DNA from: Halocafeteria seosinensis
Taxonomy: Eukaryota
Length of the DNA: 57,631 bases
Assembly (NCBI GenBank): GCA_001687465.1
Contig: LVLI01000211.1
Coordinates: 1-57,631 of the forward strand
Direction of reading: 5' to 3'
The position numbers were made by a program, and so were the translations under genes. Each line of letters opens with the position of its first letter. The first letter of the stretch is position 1. This document shows positions 23,301 to 31,023 of the stretch, piece after piece. The notes under the pieces are model-generated. The model was not told where the DNA came from and did not search any database. It worked only from the letters and a program-made list of their open reading frames with translations.

Positions 23301-26300
23301 CCACTAGATCGCAACTTTGTCCCATTCCACGGGTAAATTTCACAGGCGTGCACTCCACAGGAACAGTACTGCGATCAGAAATATTTGAAGGACTAGCGTG
23401 GTGTCCTTGAGTCACTGGGGATTCGTCGCCTTCGGCAGCTAGTTTTGCCCAAAATTGGTACTCTCGTTGAATGCAATTTAGCAGATTGGCCGCAGCATGG
23501 AGTGTGCTGCTATCAATGAATCCCCGCAGAGGGCAGATCGTGAAGTACAGTGAATATCCTGGTATTGCATCCAAAGAACTTACAACATTTACCGACAAAG
23601 AGGCTTGTAAACCGGCAGTTTCTGCGATATCCACAGTAGTGGACGGCTTACCGTTCCTTTCAGTGAACTCAGACATGCACACCCTAGTATTGCCGACTGA
23701 GATACTATACTCATCATAGAGATGTTTGAAAGACGAATAGGATTCTCTCAACTCTTCAAGGATTTCTTCAATCGCTTCCACACGTTTATTTTTTGGGAGC
23801 TGTGTTCCTGCGATTACTTCCATTCGGTGCATATCATGCTTTCGACCCAATCTCGCCGTTGACACGGCTACATTCTCGAAGCTAATCGATGCAGCATGAA
23901 AATCTCCCTGTTCTGTACTCTCGCCAGGGAAGAGGAATGAGATTTTGTCAGCCACCGCTGACAACCAGATGGCCCAGCGTGAAGAATATGCTTGCTCAAA
24001 TCTGGCTTGCATTCTTTCTCGAACGTTCGCATACTTTTGTGCCACAGTATCTTCTACAGCTTCGGGTATTTCGCTTAGAGGCACATCGATAAATTCTTTA
24101 ATGCGTTCGATCAAAGATGTTGAATACACAAAGAGAACAGGAAGTAACTTAACCGTTACAAGCATGTTGGCTTCCGAAAGACCAACACAGCCTTCGATTT
24201 TCGTGTGTGCATCCTGCAACATGCTACGAGGACAGAGCGGTTTCTGTGCAGAAGCAGGATGTGAGAGGTCTTGAGTCTCGATACTCAATGAAACAAGTGT
24301 CGCGGCTTCATCATCTTCAGCAACATCTCTTTGGACAATCCGCCCAAAGTTCTGCAACTTCGTATTGGCACGGTCATAGACCTTCAAATCCTCTATCGAC
24401 ACATCAAAGCGGAACGAGCTGGGACGCACATTCGCAACTAGTTCAAGATCTACCACCTCAGTAGATATGATTTCATCCCCTTTGCAAGGATCCCTGCCGA
24501 AAGCCTTCCTATGTAGCAGTAAATCGTCCGCATGAGACGAGTCGTGTACGAAAGTACAAAGCCGTAAGCACATCCGCTCGGTTTTGCAGATAGTCTTCGA
24601 TACCACGTAATCAGAAGGATAATGATATTCCGGTATTGTGGGATCGTAGCCAATGGCAGAGTATACCTCTCGTCTCCGAGCTTCATCCAACATTGCTTCC
24701 CGGAGCATTACGGAGTCGGCATCATCATTTGCCATCTCATCACTACTAGTACGTTCGCTACCGAAGGTATCATCCTCTCCCGTGCGAACTTCTTCGGGGT
24801 TATCCTCTTCACGGTCTAGTGAAGTGACTTGGTCTGCTGGAAACACGTCCGCGTGGTCAATTCTAGCTTCCAATGGTAACAACTTTTCCAAGAGCTTTTT
24901 GAATTCCTTGATCTCATGTTTTGAAACATGCTCCGTGAGCCATTTAGTGCCCGCTCGCATCCACCCATCCGTAACCTTGCTCTTGCCACCACTGCTGTAG
25001 CCAACATTTTCGGCTATGCGATTTGCTGAAGGACTCAATCCTAGCACCCATTTGAAGCCATGACTCCATGGGATTTCAAAGGGAAGAGAGAACCAACTTC
25101 CAGATGCGCTGCCTTGCTTTGCTTTTTTCTCTTGAATTTTATTCGCTGGGGTACGTTCTCGCTCGCTCTCCCTATATCTTGTTTTGCCGGTCCTACTGTG
25201 CAGAGAAGCTCGGTCTCGACTTGCTGACAAACGAGAGCCCTCCCGTCCGGAAACAACACTTGAGGACTCATAGTGCCCTTTTCGGCTTCCTCGTCTTGGG
25301 TTGGAACTCGCATTTCTACTTGCTCCGCTAACATAGCTGTACCGTAGGTTGTCAATAACAAAGCGATTGTGAAGTGTTTGCATACACTCCTGCCGCAACA
25401 GCGAAAGGTCACTTGCAGAAAAGTGCTGTTCTAACCGATGTAGGACAGATCTCTCCATCTCATTGAGTGGCTGAAGCGAATTAAGATTCCGGTCACAAGT
25501 CCACGCATCTAGAGCAGGCCGGTTTGGCTCCTCTTGTCTGGCAATGGAGCGAAGCACGCCCTCCATCGATGCTTGCTGACAAAACGTCCGTACAGCAGCA
25601 ATGTCATCGGGGGATTGAGCCGCAACGTTTTTGAATTCTCTCGACCATTCTAGCCACGGCAAAAGAGGTTGCTCGACACTCTCGGACCCATCGGACGACA
25701 TGGATTCCTCCAGACGAGGAAGAACGACGGCCACTAACATGCTATACACATCTCGACATTCTAATACATCCAACTCGGTTTTGTACGATTCGAACGGCTC
25801 CCATAGTTTATAGCATCGCTTGTACTTATCATTCTGGGACCTGCTCGACCTGATGGAAGAACTTTCCGCTGCCGATTTGCCATAAGAATACTGATCTGAA
25901 GGAAGTCTCAACCTTCTAGCAACGGCGTGGCGTGAGAACGGATTTAAACCAGCGTCTGTGTTACCTTGTCCCGAATGAGCATCGTTGTCCACTACTCCCG
26001 TTCCTTGTGGACTATTTCGCTCCGCATTAGCCACCGGTGACTGAGAGGTATACCCATGACTAAATTCAAGGGGTGCAAACGGGTTGTTCTGAAACCTTCC
26101 TTCACTCCGTCTTCCCTCCGAAACAGGAGATGACCAAGAGTACCTATCCGACTCAGAGTCTGAGGGGCGTTCCGATATGACCTCTGCTTCCGGCAGCGAT
26201 TCATCTAGACGATCTTCCCGCTTTATGCTATTAGAGTTCGATCGAACGTCCCCAGAGGAGCGATCACCTCCTTTAGGCTGGTTTTCACTGGTAAATGAAG

Positions 26301-28254
26301 AAATAAGAGCTCTTTTATACAAATACATATAACAACGAGTGGCCAATCGCCGCCGCGCTTGCGATGACGAATGGAACCAGGGAGATCCCTCACGCAAACG
26401 AACTTGGCATGCCCGAAACGCGTAAAGCCACCATCGGCGACACAGCACTCTGCGTGCGAATCTCTCCTCTTCACCAAGTAGGGCGACTGGTCCCGTCTGT
26501 AAAGGCCACAAGGGCCTAAAATCAAGGTAAGACTCCCGCAGCTGAATGGTCGCTACCGAAGTCCCAATTTGAACCATTTGTTGGAGCTGATCCCTTCCGA
26601 TAGTACTGGAGATACTCCCCACCATTAGTTCAACGTTGTGCTGAGGCTTGTGTATATCTCTCTGATCTTTGTTTATGCACAATCGCAGTTGTGCATCCAC
26701 AGGATCGAGAATGAAGTGCTGCTTATATTGTCCCCGAGCAGATGAAGAGCGATCATGTTGAGTAACATTTGCCCTGGTTGGAATCATCAGTTGAAAGAGT
26801 GAAGCAAAGAGTTCTAAGTGGCACGTCGAAAAATCTACCATCCCTCCAAATGTTTCATCATCTTCGGTTGACGTACTAGATTCCTGATCCTCATCCTCAA
26901 GGGCGGAATACTGCTCTTCTGTTCCTCTGGCTTGAGAAGATGCGGCTGCCGTTTCCGCTTTCGAGGAAACTTGCAACCCACCAAGTCCGTAACCGAAAGG
27001 GTCTGCGCCTTGTGCGTACCTCCATGAGGACAATGAGGATTGCGTGGCCGTGTCCTCGCTCTCTTCTTTTGAGTGCACACCTGTATGGTGCTTAGCGGAC
27101 TGACCCGCACGATTGCTAGCACTATTCATCCAGCTAGGTCCACCTGCCGAAGGTGTGCTCTTTTCGTGGTGTTCCTTAAAAGATGCATGCGCCGATGCAG
27201 TCCGACGTGACGCTAATACGGCTTCTCGCTGACGCAGTAGCATCCATGTCGGAACGCTCTCAACCATGGACGACGAAGCTCCATTGTCCGTAACCGCGGT
27301 GGAAGCTCCTTGAATTTTGCATGCCGGTACGCCCGATGAGCCCCCTTGTCCACTTGCCCATGCATCGAGGAAATCAGGGTACATCTCTGTGGCATCACTA
27401 CTTCTTTCTGCTTTCGATGATCCTGTTACTTGCACACAATTGATAGTAGAGATATCTGACGTCATTGCAGGAATTGGGCCTTCAGCGCTTGCCACCACCA
27501 AGTGGGGATTCCAGTAAAGAGCGAGGTGGTTCAAATGCGCCAGTTTGTAAACCAAGTTCGTATGAAGAGTTTCCGACGTTGCGTCGACAAAACTTGGCTG
27601 AAAGTTAGCATCCGTCGTCTGCACATGCAGCGATTCCAAGCAGAGTCCCATCGCAAACGGTTTGTTAGGAAGAGTAACTCGATCTTCAATGCGTATGTGA
27701 AGGCCTCGCAGGTGCACTTGAATGTTGTCGACGACTTTCGTCAGTAAGCGCTCCACAAATCCCGGTGTAGCTGCCGTCCCGTTCCTCCCATTGTCACCGT
27801 CATCATCGTCGTCGTCCACCTCTTCCTCCTCATCACCCGAGTCGTGGTCGTTCTGTTGGGAATTGCGTGTTCCTCGTCGTATAGCTGCTTTCATGCGCCG
27901 TTTGACTTGTTCCAATTTCGCTTCCAGAAGTTTTTCCTGCCTTTTTGTGGCTCTTTGACCGACCCATTCGTATTTTGTCTCGGCCAACAAATATACTTGA
28001 TCAACCTTGATGACAGTCGGTTTACTTCCTGGGTTCCCCCAAGGAATTTGGAGTTCAATTCGTCCAATGTATCCTCGAACCAGGCCGAACGGCAATTGCA
28101 GCTCATCAAGCACCTCCTCCTTGAGTTCTAGATTATTCAACACCACATATCCACTCCATACACCCACTTGAACCTTCTCGGGACTGAAGCAGTCATCCTT
28201 GACGTAGTCGCCCAGAAGACGGGTTAGCAGGGGCGCTACAAAGCGCTCTAGCAT
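14359..28254 (-). CDS. VPS13: VPS13-family bridge-like lipid transfer protein (4631 aa, apparently intronless)
   Basis: N-terminal chorein domain MLERFVAPLLTRLLGDYV...VGVWSGYVVLNNLELK...IPW, then KVVDNIQVHLRGLHIRIED and RRWWLYAFRAC. VAB/SHR-BD-like repeats are present (PIVVTNDT...RVRYSWAEP). One ambiguous base at 20468. Confidence 0.92.
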   Translation of the reverse strand: MLERFVAPLLTRLLGDYVKDDCFSPEKVQVGVWSGYVVLNNLELKEEVLDELQLPFGLVRGYIGRIELQIPWGNPGSKPTVIKVDQVYLLAETKYEWVGQRATKRQEKLLEAKLEQVKRRMKAAIRRGTRNSQQNDHDSGDEEEEVDDDDDDGDNGRNGTAATPGFVERLLTKVVDNIQVHLRGLHIRIEDRVTLPNKPFAMGLCLESLHVQTTDANFQPSFVDATSETLHTNLVYKLAHLNHLALYWNPHLVVASAEGPIPAMTSDISTINCVQVTGSSKAERSSDATEMYPDFLDAWASGQGGSSGVPACKIQGASTAVTDNGASSSMVESVPTWMLLRQREAVLASRRTASAHASFKEHHEKSTPSAGGPSWMNSASNRAGQSAKHHTGVHSKEESEDTATQSSLSSWRYAQGADPFGYGLGGLQVSSKAETAAASSQARGTEEQYSALEDEDQESSTSTEDDETFGGMVDFSTCHLELFASLFQLMIPTRANVTQHDRSSSARGQYKQHFILDPVDAQLRLCINKDQRDIHKPQHNVELMVGSISSTIGRDQLQQMVQIGTSVATIQLRESYLDFRPLWPLQTGPVALLGEEERFARRVLCRRWWLYAFRACQVRLREGSPWFHSSSQARRRLATRCYMYLYKRALISSFTSENQPKGGDRSSGDVRSNSNSIKREDRLDESLPEAEVISERPSDSESDRYSWSSPVSEGRRSEGRFQNNPFAPLEFSHGYTSQSPVANAERNSPQGTGVVDNDAHSGQGNTDAGLNPFSRHAVARRLRLPSDQYSYGKSAAESSSIRSSRSQNDKYKRCYKLWEPFESYKTELDVLECRDVYSMLVAVVLPRLEESMSSDGSESVEQPLLPWLEWSREFKNVAAQSPDDIAAVRTFCQQASMEGVLRSIARQEEPNRPALDAWTCDRNLNSLQPLNEMERSVLHRLEQHFSASDLSLLRQECMQTLHNRFVIDNLRYSYVSGASRNASSNPRRGSRKGHYESSSVVSGREGSRLSASRDRASLHSRTGKTRYRESERERTPANKIQEKKAKQGSASGSWFSLPFEIPWSHGFKWVLGLSPSANRIAENVGYSSGGKSKVTDGWMRAGTKWLTEHVSKHEIKEFKKLLEKLLPLEARIDHADVFPADQVTSLDREEDNPEEVRTGEDDTFGSERTSSDEMANDDADSVMLREAMLDEARRREVYSAIGYDPTIPEYHYPSDYVVSKTICKTERMCLRLCTFVHDSSHADDLLLHRKAFGRDPCKGDEIISTEVVDLELVANVRPSSFRFDVSIEDLKVYDRANTKLQNFGRIVQRDVAEDDEAATLVSLSIETQDLSHPASAQKPLCPRSMLQDAHTKIEGCVGLSEANMLVTVKLLPVLFVYSTSLIERIKEFIDVPLSEIPEAVEDTVAQKYANVRERMQARFEQAYSSRWAIWLSAVADKISFLFPGESTEQGDFHAASISFENVAVSTARLGRKHDMHRMEVIAGTQLPKNKRVEAIEEILEELRESYSSFKHLYDEYSISVGNTRVCMSEFTERNGKPSTTVDIAETAGLQASLSVNVVSSLDAIPGYSLYFTICPLRGFIDSSTLHAAANLLNCIQREYQFWAKLAAEGDESPVTQGHHASPSNISDRSTVPVECTPVKFTRGMGQSCDLVGERSSVTDDQKGERLSSFYSAQQSPQGARHVKKKTLGSIISQTVSEHSGDARDTSTKASWLVGQRPPGQESLERTHPAVALLVELRIQSIEVVFAATGTGEDGHLRQWSPADAFLIAKIVTLHCCVSSSPVGSSVHTTLSHVEAWNGISNDRSTSEEDSKLVWCTETAAQEPVVTIHFVTPGRHSPSCKLLSAESSSQEMFVNKAPCTRDKFEIKIVAVAVVVEEDILDTFRNQFALTPPSIGSDPFSASEISMGPENLLISTTSHYSESHVSVNELDVYFQKRGNALARLEVMYAGIRLFSVPVSVLRTDSAKRNIEYSTFAQGSMSDIHVYDLHYAFGGNEQRVFSLSGPGAEVSFSVLTAPILHSNTVRLFGDDELSHSYCIPSADILENALDGSYKRSTPLGCLLSMNVGHIRGVIEMPFLMSLGQFLFAGSLADVMFGAVDSELDNVILTQYSIQVRNLVLFLPRIAQENSKQNFRSSNKNDWKYPCSEVLISTTNGFDVRNTIRAHSTKRGFTETVALNIIGSNITQYAGAETTFLSLHSPLGSDASPKIQYLMQDTSAALNIEYSWGPEADSDVAIKLQADSVFLRIHQPQFLLLSRILYINFGSMPQYGNNSASTDNGCLSVRASISELHASIVEASNHSNVACLRCFDTCFNLASRYQDFLRFLSDPTSSFSFSIGDASVVDCRAEVPQDHRELLSRLDENPEAKIVEIKLHDNFRYQNRTFWGVGEFEGSSDDTLGQICVKSVKTRCIVGNVESCAIFIVPRVLFRLKESLEQLLDVLTRESEARTEITELSPVRSYREHQLDMMSIDLSLRNCRLCVASSQENLANPVCRTFFNSFIQCIIQPSNLLGDCWRLLSCHSQFRDVTITLRQDMPSGMMCNLPIAAFRLIDVNAECDNSKFYIRSSSGQSIACGLFNASFAGNRYSALAGIHDHLTXETRNENSIPAEALVSSTQKRCRVRAFVDEAKVGISEEGVKALTDLVSDTVEQINSFCGSSPSAAGALPDTIFELSARRLAVYLHRTTSQCLTESSSKELIYQPLVKIEIHECDVMAIQEPALLACLGELSFSVMLHTGVNDQYADIARLNKLGVQYCMKLLSDWQMSTLHDLRNYPRWLDLHSLVENHMQGSRATGTFHTGIDIPSVCINISMEELLKRHELMQQYSRQFCSNRQHQAVTSVALVDNRLPTTLEAYLVDVSKCHGRCAPRGVHIPSNACAGIPFHMCNQEYLQETVSCHSKLSIHVQSLGNEGISVTFPLELSAYKIVYAADGTACFVAEALPSASNCVTVRLRPMVTLASFLERPLEVTMSCGQEKQSLRGDERSGVPVCCLDKDSRFDPPLVPQSMYFSIWLRQFKPIHSAILGDNGSLSLDHSGNCFLGEYNLHPVFVCQPHAISRERDGLVGVQCVDETGLVVNLVCSIRRLSRSYARRYRGALGSPVVLSAANRGFPQSMVQTRGSIMTIDSKEDNRDTSTAIGKESLGMDIALDTPVALRSEMPVPLLVYFSCPESSMLDVSEYPVFQHITDEEFAVFHIDCQSFGVRLFPGQRLCWYGCQWYGKCFFQCAISGFSPHKWVAVGYSRSELEALEEDTLSVGYCFGDPSVKDPDPADICCLTTMEHKSSKTFCISVAVRIRRVKGGGVRLEVSSPLLAHNDTEIPFGFALARSKSDAYKLLAERESVSLLDQEFDRSDPFTSQDDTYACQNRSDLFTKAASIHPRQLLLKKLLKGRSDCTRLADEAFSSRLNNYGPPKHAPLAAFQKSLSTLVRTRPMDFMFVSQGDDSELFTCTNMPKSLDVPPKRMSVASVLDSIGNLYYSIGNPRHNLRLLPLLKHLGTTRKGFVSLPPGGWMNNIDFSAVGWRKTGSDGLRELPVNFRLNHWYGTRYPEIICSYCYYFKNRTNLTMEFSQCYRKTLRRWTLGPGQCLPCSFLSEAPAIKPEELTSIERWLFYCGPVCVGCKNELRLRVRSSNKTVDEWEWSGAFDLRTFDNRSEVILRTRHRHCLFSRISPDDPDKMRAARATLVAAMNVPVFSCYESVCVRLSLRKSKHGLNLIDILPYCWSINDVDIPTFRKLQETSVQSHNENWKVLTSRQVDHHESTLEYQSFRAAAVAHEAPIVVTNDTPVVLCLCQEDVALARDAEIVMPSQRVRYSWAEPVKSNYEHLAVKLFAVCGPNRDSALGCSTGTFEILEFSGHSSGRVHVWPSLAFADVCSRNQARLVDLGKFSLDSCYDRTVRIPELSQVMAIGVGVSESGSISIHVEERFHASTTERENKGFYKIPSVRKLAKRYTTVTETSVPSTPSDAAEQTIRSSFRIFIGELKIRFTEETTGLGVAVSSDKLECLVKTDDNAISELRLTTPTFCIQDSTGSDVFKAESVRGLPVELYLSDSPSEHCLGTLNLQCGSMHVNVDGQWLAMLISTGMWLHHRLISASYAKRYYLSSCSVYDVPSFELIDFLRIDSRFGWESDLATLPRRNEILMASLTMLALLPASVGRVLVPFFMEYGTQGKLSGAGSTPRLTRANRWKRVVAHRFRVHLQRSPFEAILLAPTADKYHGRFQILEGLNICIPFVSVSIRGMETLAVFVESRVARAALSMVADCHRVNAYIPRINLVSTVVSRNYEEMCSQLTAPILQQITFGTMSSVVLQYFLKSLSGSSGLLCEGIQSCATSVRLFRERKYRDSASMSLRATREFVASMTSALALPASALESVDSAFRSCLAPALPYRRYGLSAFSAPVDPIDGMCSAIAALPTTLRMHGADLRRIVWALYCTLSNFPMGCVYWGHALYTSATSSQLFNNRGFHYYGLKQLFRNRQYALTKLRNCHCRPVFASSVPLFERAALSVGLSTILPTNTRVLYVELSRVLWDTGCIFVVTTTQLMLLRFHSSSYLQQDQLRVGRADLRWCVKRSRLRVTYACEDKVILYALASRGLGVSEYVIPCGTQEVASTVHEYLAAICDSCSSERRRSCILPKLPSQK

Positions 28255-28266
28255 TGCATCGCACCC

Positions 28267-28281
28267 CTACTACTACTACTA
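28267..28281. repeat. (CTA)5 microsatellite just upstream of the VPS13 start codon
   Basis: ctactactactacta read directly from the sequence. Confidence 0.85.
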
Positions 28282-28808
28282 CCACGATACCCCCCTTTAC
28301 TAATAAACCCAATGAGTAACAATACACAGACTGAAAGTCCCTATTGAACGCCCCGTTGCGTGTAGACACTACTAGACAGATGATTGTAGTTCATTCAACG
28401 GGATTGATTGTTAGTAACAGTGTAACACCTATACGTATATACATCGCAAGCGAATAAACCACCAATGATCATGATAGGACGGGAAACCTTATTATATGAC
28501 GCTTAAATGTGCTATGAGGATTGTTTGAAAAGCAGCAGGTCCCAAAACAGAGCCTTTTTGGGACCTGTCTCCTTTATTACGCATCAATGCATGCCATAGC
28601 AGAGCCATACAAAAATACATACCGTTCGGGTGCATTATCTTCCCATCATTTGGGCCATTAATGCCGTTGTGTGAACCCAAACATGGTGCCATGTTTGGTC
28701 TACAAAGCGCTCTGTCGTCTGTGTTGACTGACTGTCCATTACCATTCATGAAATAAATGAGGCCATGACTTGCTTGATTCTCTAGTCTATACATACCTAC
28801 CTTTGAGA

Positions 28809-30944
28809 ATGAAGACCAAAGATAATAATCAAGAGGATGACAGTAGTAGTATCCGTGTCTGTCCCATGTGTGGCAAGAAGTTCCCGGCCCATGTCAGCGA
28901 TACAGACGTCTATATACACGCCGACAGATGCGTCGAGCATTCGAGTCGGAGGCGCAAAAGCAGTACTCCACCTCCCGGGTATTATAGTAGTGTCGTCTCC
29001 CGGGGAGGGGGCGATACGGCACCGAATAACCCTTTCAAAAAGTTTGAACCCGGGGATGGAGGAAGTACAGCATCTTCTGTCTTATACGAGGATAATGACG
29101 CCAAAACCAAGCGAAGGAAGAAGAAGGACACCCCTTCTTCTTCCTCTGAAGTCAGACGGGCGCTATCACCTCCCGCAGCGGCTACAGAGGAGAAACAGTA
29201 TCCTCCAGTGACTGGGGAAGCAGCTGCCGGAGGAAGTTCAGCCTTCAAAGACGATACGACTGCTGCTCCCAGTGCCGCTTTCCCGAGCAGAGGAGCGGCA
29301 GGAGAACGTGACGGTACTTTGGGTTACCAAATGCCACAGAGTTCATCATTGCGGTCTTCGACACATTATGAACCGGTGGATACAAGTGCAATCGTTTCGG
29401 ATTTGGCCCCGGGAAGTGTTTACCGATTAGCCATGCCTTCCAGTTCAAGAGATGATCCATATCGGCGCCACACTAGCCCGAGTACCACGGGGAAACGATC
29501 ACCTCGAGAACCACCCGAAGAAATCATGGTGGTGAAGCATACGAAGTATTCCAACTACCCAAGTGGGCTGAAACCCGATACGGGTATCCCGTTATTGTTG
29601 CCTATGGGAGGCCACTATCGGGCCAACGACTTGTGGCTATCCATGAGCAGCAAGGGTGCTCAAGTGGAGTGGCGTTCCCAGAGTGCCGACCCTCAATTAA
29701 TTCACTCACTGCCCTACTCTGATATGGCAGTGCGGGAATTGAACAAGAAACGAACATCTACAATTACTCAATTCGCCCGAGACGAAAGCTCAAATGAAGA
29801 GCAAATTGAGGCATTTCACCCCATGTATGATCCCGACTATAACGAGCTTTTCGAAACCCCGCTGATACCCGAAGAACGAGACACGGGAGCAACAGAAACG
29901 CTTTGGTCAGGTGAATGGGTACAGTTCATATTCGCCGGAATTGTGCTCATTGGAAAGGTTCTCTCGGTTGAACGAAAGAGCAACAAGGTAACTGTGTACA
30001 AGGCAAGATTATGGTCCTCGGGACATGTGGTAGATGTCCCTGCAAGCCTTGCTTACCGCGTTCGCGGAGAAAATGTTGATGCGAATTTCTGCTCTTGGAG
30101 CAGCATAGTGGCGAATTTGAAGAGCGAATTCAACAAAAGCAAGGATGCCGTACAATGGAAGTGGAGAACGTTGTCGAAAGCTTTTGACCTGAAGCCGTAC
30201 TCATTTTACACCAAGTTCACACGCAAGTATATCCCCGGAGAAGACACGAAAGCAGATGCGAAGGTGTACTGCTGTGAGAGATGGGATGACTGTAATTTCA
30301 ACGTCGTCAGCATCATGAGAACTGTACTGGAGAAAATGACCAAGATATTAAGAGGGGTTTCGTACAAGCATGACAGCAATGCAGACTTGACGCACGAAGC
30401 TCTCCTTCCTGCACATTTACTCCATTACAGAGATGTAGCTGTCGAGGGAACGATTAAAGCGTTTGAGCATTTGATTGAAACAGAAACGCGTATTTCGTTC
30501 AACGAACTCCGGGAAAGCCTGCGTGAACAGTTTTTCGTATGGCTTTTAACTAGATGTTGGAACATTCATATTCATACTCCGAAAGTCTTTAACCCGTCAC
30601 CGATGCATATGATTCCGAACGTTTCTGAGTACGTTGCCTGGGAAGGCTGTACGAAAGACACTTGCGCTCTGTTACGAGTGCTTCGGCAAAACACAATTTC
30701 GTCCGCTTTCTATTCTTCTGTCAATGCCACTGCAGCTATCCCGGCGAAGTTTGAACACGACCAAGGAAAGCAACATACTGCTGCTGACGAGAAAGACAGT
30801 AGAGAACAGATTGTCAACAAAGGCAAAGGGCGAAAGCGAACACCCCCGGATTCCGATTTAAAAAAGAAAGCAATTGGGTTCTTGAAGGCGATCGACGCCC
30901 CTGTGGAGAAGTCAGGGAACAGGGCGGGAGAAGTTACGACTTGA
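28809..30944 (+). CDS. Hypothetical protein with N-terminal UBZ4/Rad18-type zinc finger, basic NLS-like motifs and a possible SH3/Tudor-like barrel
   Basis: Long ORF with first ATG at 28809 (MKTKD). CPMCGKKF...VYIHADRC fits the C2HC UBZ pattern. KTKRRKKK and KGRKR are basic clusters. Confidence 0.75.
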   Translation: MKTKDNNQEDDSSSIRVCPMCGKKFPAHVSDTDVYIHADRCVEHSSRRRKSSTPPPGYYSSVVSRGGGDTAPNNPFKKFEPGDGGSTASSVLYEDNDAKTKRRKKKDTPSSSSEVRRALSPPAAATEEKQYPPVTGEAAAGGSSAFKDDTTAAPSAAFPSRGAAGERDGTLGYQMPQSSSLRSSTHYEPVDTSAIVSDLAPGSVYRLAMPSSSRDDPYRRHTSPSTTGKRSPREPPEEIMVVKHTKYSNYPSGLKPDTGIPLLLPMGGHYRANDLWLSMSSKGAQVEWRSQSADPQLIHSLPYSDMAVRELNKKRTSTITQFARDESSNEEQIEAFHPMYDPDYNELFETPLIPEERDTGATETLWSGEWVQFIFAGIVLIGKVLSVERKSNKVTVYKARLWSSGHVVDVPASLAYRVRGENVDANFCSWSSIVANLKSEFNKSKDAVQWKWRTLSKAFDLKPYSFYTKFTRKYIPGEDTKADAKVYCCERWDDCNFNVVSIMRTVLEKMTKILRGVSYKHDSNADLTHEALLPAHLLHYRDVAVEGTIKAFEHLIETETRISFNELRESLREQFFVWLLTRCWNIHIHTPKVFNPSPMHMIPNVSEYVAWEGCTKDTCALLRVLRQNTISSAFYSSVNATAAIPAKFEHDQGKQHTAADEKDSREQIVNKGKGRKRTPPDSDLKKKAIGFLKAIDAPVEKSGNRAGEVTT

Positions 30945-31023
30945 TAATCTAAAGAGTTATCCTGTAGAAGACTTAAGTCTACATTATGCATTAACATTAG
31001 TACGAGTCATACCTCAATTAACA

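Noticed and set aside
14420..28131. Numerous short ORFs antisense or out of frame within VPS13 (likewise within the CBP-like, ARP4 and TALE genes)
   Set aside because: These are shadow ORFs of long coding regions and have no independent motifs.
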